64,000 nt of DNA from Patescibacteria group bacterium (GTDB taxonomy: Bacteria > Patescibacteriota > Minisyncoccia > Phycocordibacterales > PALSA-1337). Where the stretch lies: the NCBI GenBank assembly GCA_038065415.1, contig JBBTRA010000006.1, positions 15,262 through 79,261 of the forward strand. The letters are read 5' to 3'. The position numbers and the translations under genes were made by a program. Shown piece by piece: positions 27,060 through 36,403 of the stretch (position 1 is the first letter of the stretch; each line of letters begins with the position of its first letter). Under the pieces are notes generated by a model. It made no database searches. It saw only the letters and a list, made by a program, of their open reading frames with translations, and was not told the DNA's origin.

Positions 27060-29225
27060 ATGAACCGCGACTACCCACTCGAACGCATGCGTAACTTCGG
27101 CATCATCGCTCATATCGATGCCGGCAAGACCACCACCTCGGAACGCATCCTCTACTACACTGGCATGATCCACAAGATCGGCGAGGTGCACGAAGGGGAG
27201 ACCACCACCGACTGGATGGAGCAAGAGCGCGAGCGTGGTATCACCATCACGGCCGCTGCCATCACCTGTTTCTGGAATCCGACCTACATGCGCGGACTCA
27301 AGAGTGCTGACGGTAAGGACGATCTCTCCAAGAAAGTCCGTTTCAACATCATCGATACCCCAGGACATATCGACTTTACCGTAGAGGTGAAGCGCTCTCT
27401 TCGCGTGCTCGACGGTGCAGTTGTCGTTTTTGACGGTGTTGCAGGTGTAGAACCCCAGTCAGAGACCAATTGGCGCTATGCTGATGAGGCCAATGTTCCT
27501 CGTCTTTGTTTCATCAACAAAATGGATCGCACAGGAGCTTCATTCGAGAAATCATATGCCTCCATTCTCGAGCGCCTCAACAAGCGTGCCGTTCGCTTCC
27601 AGCTTCCGATCGGATCAGAGGGAGACCATGTTGGTGTCGTCGATCTCCTCAAAATGAAGGCATATACCTTCTCAGGTGAGAAGGGTATCGATATAAATGA
27701 GAGCGAGATTCCGGCTGATATGCTCGCAGATGCCAAGAAGTATCGTGCAGAAATGATAGAGAAAGTCGTTGAAACAGATGATGTTGCTATGCAGAATTTT
27801 CTTGATGGAAAAGAAATCTCCAACGAAGAATTCAAGGTGATCTGTCGCAAGGCAGTTATCGCTAACAAGATCTTCCCGGTTTTCACAGGATCAGCCCTTA
27901 AGAACGTCGGCGTTCAGCTCGTTCTTGATGCGGTCGTTGACTATCTCCCATCTCCGCTCGATATGCCAGCTATCAAGGGTATCGATCCAAATACTGGCGG
28001 CGAACTCGAGCGCCACGCGTCGGATGCGGAGCCATTCTCAGCACTCGCATTCAAACTTCAGAACGATCCATTCGTCGGAGCACTCACATTCTTCCGTGTC
28101 TATTCAGGAACAATTGAGGCGGGAACCTATATATACAATGCCACAACTGGTAAAAAAGAGCGTCTCGGCCGTATCGTTCGTCTCCAGGCTGACAAGCGCG
28201 AAGAGGTCAAGAAGGTTTTCGCGGGTGAGATTGCAGCAGCAGTAGGTCTCAAGGATGCCCTCACTTCACACACCTTCTGCGATGAGGCAAATCCAATTGT
28301 CCTCGAAGTTATCAAGTTCATGGAGCCGGTCGTGTCTCTCCGTATCGAGCCAAAGACCAAGGCGGATCAAGAGAAGATGGGTATGGCCCTCAAGAAACTC
28401 GGCAACGAAGACCCTACCTTCCGCATCTCATCAAATCAAGAGACAGGGGAAACCATTATTTCAGGTATGGGAGAGCTTCACCTCGAGATCATGGTGGATC
28501 GTATGAAGCGCGAGTTTAGCGTGGAAGCCAATGTCGGTGAACCTCAGGTGGCATATCGTGAGACGATCATGAATACGGCCGAGGCTGAGCACAAGTATAT
28601 CAAGCAGACTGGTGGTAAGGGTCAGTACGGACACGTTCGTCTCACTTTGAAGCCGATGGAACCATGGCCAGAAGGAGAAAAGATCCCTAAGAACGTCAAG
28701 CGTTATGATGACTTCGAATTCATCAACTCTATCAAAGGGGGAGTTATTCCGAACGAGTTCATCCCTGCAGTCGAAAAGGGTGTCCGTGAAGCCTTGGATC
28801 GCGGTATTGTCGCCGGATTTAAGATGGTGAACGTTTCCTGTGAGCTCACTTTTGGTTCGTACCACGATGTCGATTCATCAGAAATCGCCTACAAGATTGC
28901 TGCTTCTCAGGCATTCCAGGATGCTGCAAAGCGTGCCAAGCCGGTTATTCTCGAGCCGATCATGAAGCTCGAAGTCGTCTGTCCTGAAAAGTATATGGGA
29001 GACGTCAATGGATCCATCGCTTCCAAGCGTGGTCAAGTTGAAGGTTCAGAACCACGCGGTCAGGCTATTGCTGTCCACGCCAAGGTGCCTCTCTCAGAAA
29101 TGTTCGGGTATACCACAGCACTTCGCTCTATGACTTCGGGTCAGGGCAGCGCGATGATGGAATTTGATCACTATGAGGTTGTACCAGGTAACGTTGAGAA
29201 GGAAATCGTCGAGAAGAGGAAATAA
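27060..29225 (+). CDS. fusA: Elongation factor G
   Basis: G-domain motifs AHIDAGKTT, DTPGH, NKMD; ATG at 27060. Confidence 0.95.
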   Translation: MNRDYPLERMRNFGIIAHIDAGKTTTSERILYYTGMIHKIGEVHEGETTTDWMEQERERGITITAAAITCFWNPTYMRGLKSADGKDDLSKKVRFNIIDTPGHIDFTVEVKRSLRVLDGAVVVFDGVAGVEPQSETNWRYADEANVPRLCFINKMDRTGASFEKSYASILERLNKRAVRFQLPIGSEGDHVGVVDLLKMKAYTFSGEKGIDINESEIPADMLADAKKYRAEMIEKVVETDDVAMQNFLDGKEISNEEFKVICRKAVIANKIFPVFTGSALKNVGVQLVLDAVVDYLPSPLDMPAIKGIDPNTGGELERHASDAEPFSALAFKLQNDPFVGALTFFRVYSGTIEAGTYIYNATTGKKERLGRIVRLQADKREEVKKVFAGEIAAAVGLKDALTSHTFCDEANPIVLEVIKFMEPVVSLRIEPKTKADQEKMGMALKKLGNEDPTFRISSNQETGETIISGMGELHLEIMVDRMKREFSVEANVGEPQVAYRETIMNTAEAEHKYIKQTGGKGQYGHVRLTLKPMEPWPEGEKIPKNVKRYDDFEFINSIKGGVIPNEFIPAVEKGVREALDRGIVAGFKMVNVSCELTFGSYHDVDSSEIAYKIAASQAFQDAAKRAKPVILEPIMKLEVVCPEKYMGDVNGSIASKRGQVEGSEPRGQAIAVHAKVPLSEMFGYTTALRSMTSGQGSAMMEFDHYEVVPGNVEKEIVEKRK

Positions 29226-29245
29226 CACACACCTCGATAGTATGC

Positions 29246-29273
29246 AAAAGGCCGCATTTGTTGCGGCTTTTTG
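29246..29273 (+). terminator. Rho-independent terminator after fusA
   Basis: ggccgca / tttgt / tgcggc followed by TTTTT. Confidence 0.6.
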
Positions 29274-29373
29274 CATGTAAGAAGGCTGTATATCAGGCGT
29301 CTTGTATCTACAGTGGCAACATGCCATAGTAATTACGGTGTCGGTTATCAGATGTAATATCTATATCTATTCT

Positions 29374-30039
29374 ATGACTATCTCAAACAAGAATGTGGCA
29401 CGATTGAGCGGGCTTATTTTCGGAGCAATGCTCGCGCTCGTAGCTTCGTCGTCGGTACAAGCGGCCGAAATAGCCGTTTCGGGTGTGTCCACAGACGTCA
29501 AAGCAACTATGCAACTCGGTCTCTCGTCGACATCTACAGGTCCAGGGGCAAATGTTGATGCTGCTGGGGATGTTCGTGTCTATAAGGGCGATAGCTCAAG
29601 CAGTACAGCCAACGATAAGAACAACAATCAGGAAACTTCTACTGATGTGGATCTTGCTGCAACAGTTCAGTCAGATGAAAATGTGACCAAGGTGGAGAGC
29701 GACGATGAGTCCGTGAGCTTGTGGTACAAAGTTCCTGCCAAGCTTTTCGGTTTCATACCGATGGGTATGACCGTGAGGACTACCGTTGGGGCTGCTGGCG
29801 AGGTGAAAGTCTCACATCCGTGGTATTCATTCCTTGTCAGTTCTGAGGATGATGATGCCGAAGCAGTCATTCAGACTGAGGTTAATGCAACACTGGGTGC
29901 GTCAGGAACAACTACTGACGGGGATGCCAAGCTGACCGGTGCCGCCAAGGCTGCATTTGTAAAGGCTATTCACAGTGGTCTCAAGAGTACGGTTGGAGCA
30001 CAAGCCTCAGTTGATGCGTCAGCAGGAGCTTCGTATTAG
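29374..30039 (+). CDS. Secreted Ser/Thr/Ala/Asp-rich hypothetical protein
   Basis: Signal peptide MTISNKNVARLSGLIFGAMLALVASSSVQA. Confidence 0.5.
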   Translation: MTISNKNVARLSGLIFGAMLALVASSSVQAAEIAVSGVSTDVKATMQLGLSSTSTGPGANVDAAGDVRVYKGDSSSSTANDKNNNQETSTDVDLAATVQSDENVTKVESDDESVSLWYKVPAKLFGFIPMGMTVRTTVGAAGEVKVSHPWYSFLVSSEDDDAEAVIQTEVNATLGASGTTTDGDAKLTGAAKAAFVKAIHSGLKSTVGAQASVDASAGASY

Positions 30040-30413
30040 TCGTCTGGGGATAACTCGAGTTGTCAGAATTTCGGAGAGTGGTACAATATCACCACTACCC
30101 AAGACATGTCTCAGACGAGACATGTCTTTCTCCGTTATCTGAGTACGACGGAGAGAGTTCATTAACAAGATCGTAACCCAATCAAAAAATATGTTGATCA
30201 ATCATAAGGCAGCGTTTTCAAAGAGAGATTTTCAGTACATTATGACTCTCACAGCGCTCGCATGGATTACATTCACTATGCCAGCAGTTCAGGCAGCTAT
30301 CGCGGGATAATCCCCGTCGCTGTTTGTGGGGAGGGAAGGGGAGAGCTATACTGGTGCAAGTAACATGTGTCGCTTTATCAAAATAGGTTCAGTAGTGTTT
30401 CTAATTTTATAGA

Positions 30414-33400
30414 ATGAAAAAATCAATCTTCTCGTTCGTCATCCCGCTCGCGCTCTTCTCGCTGGCGGTTTTTGCTGCACCGGGGAACGTTGGGGCGCAG
30501 ACCTATGAATGTCCGGTAGGGTATACGTGCGTTCCTGCGAGCACGAGCACTCCTACTATAACAGTACTTTCACCTAGTGGAGGAGAGGTGTATTCACTTG
30601 GTAAAGGAATACTCGTGACATGGACAAGTCAAAATATAGCATCAGACCAGTCTATGACTATTGGGTTGCGAAATACGGCGACGGGCAAAGATTACTGGGT
30701 AGCGGATACTCTCAATGATGGTAACGAGATTATTTCCGTAGAGAAGGTGTCAGAAGCTTTAGAAGCCGGCATGTATAAGTTATTTATAAAAACAGCCATT
30801 TTTATTAATGGCGATAGTATTCATGGTTGGAGCAATTCATTTACCCTGACCTCTTCGACAAATCCCCCGACTGTCCCTTCGGTTTCCGTATTCTCCCCAA
30901 AAGCCGGCGAGATACTGGTTCAGGGTACACAAATACACATAGGTTGGAAAATGAACCAGTTTCCGTTGACTCAAAAATTGAGGATTGATCTTATGGTAGT
31001 TTTGGGAGATGCTCAAAATGGCAATATTGGCAAACAAATAGCGCTCGATGTTCCTAATACTGGCTCCTACGTCTGGACCGTGAAGTCGATAGAGCCTTTC
31101 TTTGATTCTGAATCCAATAGGATGGTAACTCCTATAGGTAAATATACGATTATGGTTTCTTGTGCGTATAATGAAGCGGGGTGTAATATGACACCGAACT
31201 TCATAGAAAGTGGAGTATTTAATATCGCCTTCCCAGTTACCCCTGTCCCTTGCTACACCTTCTCCACTAACCTTCAGCTCGGTTCACGGGGCGCTGATGT
31301 CGCTGCTCTGCAGACATTCTTGGTTGCTAAGGGCTTCAAGATTTCTGATCTCTCGGTCGGCCGCGGTTCCGAAAAGGGTTATTTTGGTCGCTCTACTTTC
31401 GAGGCACTCAAGAAATATCAAGAGAGCGTTGGCCTTCCAGCAACAGGATTCTTTGGTCCTCTGACACGAGCCAAGGTTAATGCGGACTGTTCAAATCCGT
31501 CGCCAGCTGAAGTTACGCTCACTGCTCTTCAGGTTGGGTACGAAGGCCAGTATCCCGCCTTCACCATATCTGCATCGTCTGCAAATAAGGTTCCAAGCTA
31601 TTGGGATTTGAAACTGGACTGCCCTAAGGGGGTCGACGCGATGATGAAGGGGGGAGGATGCGGTGCAACCTCACGTTTCATGGGATCTCTGCTCAACCTG
31701 ACATCTCTCACATTCAATAATCCAGGTAGGACCGAGGCGAGAGTTACCGTTACGGCGTCAGCCTATGACACTGCGGGTGCGCGCATCGGTCAAGCGAGCA
31801 TGCCTATAGTTGTTCCGGTCAATACGACTTTGAGCAAGAACTCAGTTAAGGTTACTCGTCCAGCAGCCGGTGAAGTGCTGAGCACAGGTATGCAGTACAA
31901 GATCGTTTGGACCACAAACTCTCTCGACAAAGACGCACTCTTTGACATCACATTGTTTGCAGACAATGGAAAAGGTTTGATTGCAGAAGGTCTTACGACG
32001 GCGCAGGCGAGCTGTACAGGCGTGAATTTTGAGAAAAAAGGAGGCCCTCTCTATACCTGTATTACAGGGTGGACACCGACCGAAGGGTCAGTGAAGGCTC
32101 AACTTGCTGTTAGCAAGCGCGGTACGAGCGAAGTTGGATATTCGGGTAGCTTTTCCATAGCATTCCCAGTGACTCCAGCAATAAACCTCGTGTCGATTCC
32201 GAATAGCTCAACTATTCCAAATAGTTTTGACTACGTTATTACTTCTGCGGGATCTGCATTTGATCGGATTGTGTTGCGTGCGGAATGTAATGACGGAGAA
32301 ATTTCTATTGGATCAAAGGGGGGTATGTTCTGCGGAGAGAATATTACAATAAATCTCACCGCCCCGGCAGGCAGGTATGTATTTCCGGTCACTTTCGAAA
32401 GCAAGGATGGCAAGAGCCATACAGTTGGAATGACTGTGACGGCGTACACAGGTGCTAGTATCGTAGGTGCGGACAAGGACGCTGTGACTGTCACTCCATC
32501 TACAAATCCACCAAAGCCTGCCATTCACACAATTATTTCGCCTAATGGAGGTGAGACCTACAATACAGGCGACACCGTTAACATCAAGTGGAGCCCTTCG
32601 GGAACTTCTGGTGATACAGTGAAGATCGAAGTCGGCTATGTTCATCCTGATAGCACCTATCCTGGTGGCACATATGTAGAGGATTGGATTATTGATAAAA
32701 CCGCGAATACAGGATCCTACAGTTGGGTCATACCTGAATATTATGGTACCGGTATCCGTACAGGTTCATTCTCAATCAAAGTTACTTCTGTCGCGAATGG
32801 CATGGATTATTCGGACAATAAGTTCACTATAAAACAGGGTGTTAACAGGCCAAACATAGTTGTTTCAAAGCCGGCTAACGGTGATGTGTATAAGAAGGGA
32901 GCTACGGTAAATATAGTGTGGCCATCTTCAGGTGATTCATATGGTGCTTCGTTGTTGAGGGTTGAGGATCCGTTGTTCCTCAGGTTTATGCTCAATACCG
33001 GAGGACTGAATGGTAATCTCACGTGGACGGTGCCTACGGATATACCAGATGCAAAGGATTACTACATACGAATAAACGAAGGAGTGTACCGCAATAAGAC
33101 AGGGTACAGTGGTATCTTCTCTGTTGGTTCAGATGTGCCTCCAGCTCAACCTACCATCAATGTTGTCACCCGTCTTGGTGGCCGTGTCTTGTCTTCGAGC
33201 GCTACAAATCCATGCGTGTCGAGCCTTGCTGGTCCGACAGGGAACAATACTGCAGGCTGTGTACGCACACTCACCAATCAGGCTCCTGGTACATACTCGG
33301 TAGTCTGGTACGGTGGGTATCCTGCAGGAGCTGATACGAGCAAGAAGCCAGTCATCACAGGAGCCCAGACGCTCGGTAGCAGTCCGATAACCTTCTACAT

Positions 33401-33500
33401 TGACTTCAGTCCAAAGCCGATCATCGAGGTCTACAATGGATCGAGCATATCTGCTTCTATCTGGGATGCAATCAATGAGTACTGGGAGAATAACCCATAA
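30414..33500 (+). CDS. Giant secreted surface protein with five Ser/Thr-rich GPI/Kre9-like repeat modules and one peptidoglycan-binding domain
   Basis: Signal peptide MKKSIFSFVIPLALFSLAVFA. Repeats of the type SPxGGExxxxGxxxxIxW: VLSPSGGEVYSLGKGILVTW, FSPKAGEILVQGTQIHIGW, TRPAAGEVLSTGMQYKIVW, ISPNGGETYNTGDTVNIKW, SKPANGDVYKKGATVNIVW. PG_binding_1-like LGSRGADVAALQTFLVAKGF...ALKKYQESVGLPATGFFGPLTRAKV. Confidence 0.6.
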   Translation: MKKSIFSFVIPLALFSLAVFAAPGNVGAQTYECPVGYTCVPASTSTPTITVLSPSGGEVYSLGKGILVTWTSQNIASDQSMTIGLRNTATGKDYWVADTLNDGNEIISVEKVSEALEAGMYKLFIKTAIFINGDSIHGWSNSFTLTSSTNPPTVPSVSVFSPKAGEILVQGTQIHIGWKMNQFPLTQKLRIDLMVVLGDAQNGNIGKQIALDVPNTGSYVWTVKSIEPFFDSESNRMVTPIGKYTIMVSCAYNEAGCNMTPNFIESGVFNIAFPVTPVPCYTFSTNLQLGSRGADVAALQTFLVAKGFKISDLSVGRGSEKGYFGRSTFEALKKYQESVGLPATGFFGPLTRAKVNADCSNPSPAEVTLTALQVGYEGQYPAFTISASSANKVPSYWDLKLDCPKGVDAMMKGGGCGATSRFMGSLLNLTSLTFNNPGRTEARVTVTASAYDTAGARIGQASMPIVVPVNTTLSKNSVKVTRPAAGEVLSTGMQYKIVWTTNSLDKDALFDITLFADNGKGLIAEGLTTAQASCTGVNFEKKGGPLYTCITGWTPTEGSVKAQLAVSKRGTSEVGYSGSFSIAFPVTPAINLVSIPNSSTIPNSFDYVITSAGSAFDRIVLRAECNDGEISIGSKGGMFCGENITINLTAPAGRYVFPVTFESKDGKSHTVGMTVTAYTGASIVGADKDAVTVTPSTNPPKPAIHTIISPNGGETYNTGDTVNIKWSPSGTSGDTVKIEVGYVHPDSTYPGGTYVEDWIIDKTANTGSYSWVIPEYYGTGIRTGSFSIKVTSVANGMDYSDNKFTIKQGVNRPNIVVSKPANGDVYKKGATVNIVWPSSGDSYGASLLRVEDPLFLRFMLNTGGLNGNLTWTVPTDIPDAKDYYIRINEGVYRNKTGYSGIFSVGSDVPPAQPTINVVTRLGGRVLSSSATNPCVSSLAGPTGNNTAGCVRTLTNQAPGTYSVVWYGGYPAGADTSKKPVITGAQTLGSSPITFYIDFSPKPIIEVYNGSSISASIWDAINEYWENNP

Positions 33501-33520
33501 AAAGTCTTAAGGTGATCGTC

Positions 33521-33550
33521 GAACCCCCGCTTTGTTGCGGGGGTTTTCGT
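33521..33550 (+). terminator. Rho-independent terminator
   Basis: aacccccgc / tttgtt / gcgggggtt followed by T-rich sequence. Confidence 0.6.
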
Positions 33551-33572
33551 TACAAGGTAGACTGTAGCGACT

Positions 33573-34184
33573 ATGCAGAACAATAATCAATCGAAATTGC
33601 AGGCGTACATATTCATCGGACGATCCGGGTGTGGCAAGGGTACACAGTCAGAACTCTTGACCAAGAAATTGAGAGAGTCTGACTCGAATATCAAGATATT
33701 GCATATCGAGAGCGGCAATGAGCTTCGCAAATTTGCCAAGGAGGAGAATTATACAGCCATTCAAGTCAAGAAAATCCTCTCAGAAGGAGGTTTGATGCCA
33801 GAATTCATCCCGGGATATTTGTGGGGCAAACTGTTCGTGGATGGATTCACGGGGAATGAGACATTGATATTCGATGGGACACCTCGCAAGCTCCTTGAGG
33901 CGAAGATCCTTGATTCACTTTTTCCTTTTTATGATATCGATAAGCCGTGGGTTGTCTATCTCGACGTGAACCACGAGGAGTCGACCAAGCGTCTCAAGGG
34001 ACGTGGTCGATCTGATGATACTGAAGAGGCAATCAAGAGGCGTATGGAGTGGTATGAGAACGATGTTAGGCCTTCGGTTGAGTTCTACCGTGCCAATCCC
34101 AATGTGAGATTTGTCGACATCGATGGTCATCGACCTATTGACGAAGTACATGCCGATATTGTAAAAAAGGTCGGTTTGGTGTAA
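33573..34184 (+). CDS. adk: Adenylate kinase
   Basis: P-loop GRSGCGKGTQ; NMP-binding and LID-like regions. Confidence 0.85.
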   Translation: MQNNNQSKLQAYIFIGRSGCGKGTQSELLTKKLRESDSNIKILHIESGNELRKFAKEENYTAIQVKKILSEGGLMPEFIPGYLWGKLFVDGFTGNETLIFDGTPRKLLEAKILDSLFPFYDIDKPWVVYLDVNHEESTKRLKGRGRSDDTEEAIKRRMEWYENDVRPSVEFYRANPNVRFVDIDGHRPIDEVHADIVKKVGLV

Positions 34185-34194
34185 TTTTGAGGGT

Positions 34195-34962
34195 GTGATA
34201 ACCATCAAGACCAAAGAAGACATCTCCATACTCCGTGAAGGGGGTAAGCGTCATGCCTATATACTCAAAGAGGTCGCTAAGCTGGCGAAACCTGGTGTGC
34301 ACGTAGCAAAGCTTGACGAGAAAGCTGTGGAACTCATCCATGAAGGAGGGGATACTGCGGCGTTTTTGAACTATCAGCCATACGGCGCATCTCGTCCGTA
34401 TCCAGCAACTCTGTGCGTCTCGATCAACGATGAGATCGTGCACGGTATACCAACTGAGGGAGACAAGGTGCTCAAGGCGGGCGATATTGTCAGTATCGAC
34501 CTGGGATTGATCCATAAGGAGCTCATCACTGATGGTGCTATAACAGTTGCGGTAGGTAAAGTTGCTCCGGAACTCGAGAAGCTTCTCATGGTAACCAAAG
34601 AAGCGCTCATGGCAGGTATCAAGGCTGCAAAGGCTGGGGCGCGAGTGGGAGATATCAGTAATGCCATACAGAAGATCGGTGTTGCTCATGAATACGGTAT
34701 AGTCGAAGAATTGGCAGGACATGGTGTCGGCTATCATGTTCACGAAGATCCCTATGTGCCAAATTTCGGGCGTGCCGGAAAAGGTGATCTCCTGAAAGAG
34801 GGGATGGTGATCGCTATTGAGCCTATGTTCAATCTGGGCACCAAGAAGATCAAGCTCGATACTGATGGATATACCTACAGGACGGCTGATGGAAGTCCGA
34901 GTGCGCATTTTGAGCATACCGTGGTCATCACCAAGAGTGGTGCAGAGATTTTGACTGCGTAG
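34195..34962 (+). CDS. map: Methionine aminopeptidase type I
   Basis: Metal ligands in DIVSIDLG, AGHGVGYHVHE, IEPMF; GTG start. Confidence 0.9.
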   Translation: MITIKTKEDISILREGGKRHAYILKEVAKLAKPGVHVAKLDEKAVELIHEGGDTAAFLNYQPYGASRPYPATLCVSINDEIVHGIPTEGDKVLKAGDIVSIDLGLIHKELITDGAITVAVGKVAPELEKLLMVTKEALMAGIKAAKAGARVGDISNAIQKIGVAHEYGIVEELAGHGVGYHVHEDPYVPNFGRAGKGDLLKEGMVIAIEPMFNLGTKKIKLDTDGYTYRTADGSPSAHFEHTVVITKSGAEILTA

Positions 34963-34971
34963 TCTGATTAC

Positions 34972-35081
34972 AGACGCAAGAGAGCACACTGTTTTCTGAG
35001 TGGTTATGTCGTGTCGGTACACTACACATCAGTATACCGTTCTGCATAACCACTCAGAAAACAGTGTGCTCTCTTGCGTCT
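34972..35081. repeat. Long perfect palindromic element, copy A: 37-bp arms around a 36-nt loop
   Basis: Left arm 34972-35008 (agacgcaagagagcacactgttttctgagtggttatg) is the exact reverse complement of right arm 35045-35081. Loop tcgtgtcggtacactacacatcagtataccgttctg. Lies between map and ndk. Confidence 0.9.
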
Positions 35082-35108
35082 CTGTACAACTAGTCCTACA
35101 ATGACCCC

Positions 35109-35717
35109 ATGACAACACACCCCAAAAAAGAACGTACGCTCGTAATCATTAAGCCTGATGGTATTCAGAGGACCCTCATCGCAGAACTCATCGGTCGGTA
35201 TGAACGCATTGGCCTCAAGATGGTCGGTATCAAGATGATGGTTCCAACGGCCGAGCTCATCGAGAAACACTATACTCTTGATTCGGAATGGCGCGTGAAG
35301 ACGGGTCTCAAAACCATAAAAGGGTACACCGATAAAGGGCTGACGCCTCCGGAGATGGATCCGCTCAAGATTACCGCCAAGATATTGACTCGACTCGTGG
35401 AATACATGACCAAAGGACCTGTCATTGCTATCGTATGGGAAGGTGCTCACGCAGTCGAAGTTGTGAGGAAACTCACGGGAAGTACCGAACCGGTTACTTC
35501 TGATGTCGGAACGATTCGCGGTGACTTGGTGCTCGACTCGTATCGTATGAGCGATGCTGATAATCGTTCCATCAGGAACCTCGTGCATGCATCTGGCACG
35601 GTCAAAGAAGCTGAAGATGAGATTGCGCACTGGTTCAAGAAAGAAGAACTCATCGATTACCATCTCGTCATGGAGCATATCGTCTACGATGTCGCTCTGG
35701 ATGACATACTCGGGTAA
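35109..35717 (+). CDS. ndk: Nucleoside diphosphate kinase with a ~50-aa internal insertion
   Basis: ERTLVIIKPDGIQR..., catalytic-His region NLVHASG; 202 aa versus ~140 in typical Ndk. Confidence 0.8.
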   Translation: MTTHPKKERTLVIIKPDGIQRTLIAELIGRYERIGLKMVGIKMMVPTAELIEKHYTLDSEWRVKTGLKTIKGYTDKGLTPPEMDPLKITAKILTRLVEYMTKGPVIAIVWEGAHAVEVVRKLTGSTEPVTSDVGTIRGDLVLDSYRMSDADNRSIRNLVHASGTVKEAEDEIAHWFKKEELIDYHLVMEHIVYDVALDDILG

Positions 35718-35953
35718 TGTGAGCTGTCAACATTGTCTCGTGAGGGAAAAGATGTCGTAACTGCACTGTGCACTTGCACTCTTGAATGAGAGGAATACAA
35801 TGAGTACAGGTTACGAAGTATTAAATCCTATACCACATCTTTCGGGAGTCCAACGAATGCTTTGCATTCACATTAGATCGCACCTTGGTGTTGATCTTGC
35901 GGGCACCCACCTAGTGTAACTAGGTTAATAATACTTCGTAGCCGATCAAGAAC

Positions 35954-35976
35954 CGTCCTCCAGAGGACGATTTTTG
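35954..35976 (+). terminator. Rho-independent terminator
   Basis: cgtcctc / cag / gaggacg followed by TTTTT. Confidence 0.55.
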
Positions 35977-36008
35977 ATTTATGGGACAAAAACGCATATA
36001 CTTACCCA

Positions 36009-36383
36009 ATGCGCACATATTTTTTCGCCCTCGTTATCCTCTCTGCAGTTCTCCTTGCGCATATGTTCGGACTCACCGGTGCATATGTAGATATAGATGG
36101 GTATGACATCATGATGCATATCCTGGGAGGAGTCGGTATCGGTCTTTTTGTAGCAGCTATCCTGAAACTTCATGGGCAACATGTGAAGCATCCACGATTG
36201 ACTATCATTTTTTGGGTGATTATCGCGGGACTTCTGTGGGAGTTTTTTGAGATATATTATGACCTCATCGGATATCCATTTGGCACCAAGGGGTATTGGG
36301 TCGACACGATCAAAGATATGATCGACGATACTATCGGGGGAGCTGTCGTGGCCTGGATAACAAATAGAAAACACGGAGTTTAG
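36009..36383 (+). CDS. Small polytopic membrane protein
   Basis: 124 aa, about 4 TM helices. Confidence 0.45.
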   Translation: MRTYFFALVILSAVLLAHMFGLTGAYVDIDGYDIMMHILGGVGIGLFVAAILKLHGQHVKHPRLTIIFWVIIAGLLWEFFEIYYDLIGYPFGTKGYWVDTIKDMIDDTIGGAVVAWITNRKHGV

Positions 36384-36403
36384 TCCGAATAACGCATACG
36401 ATC

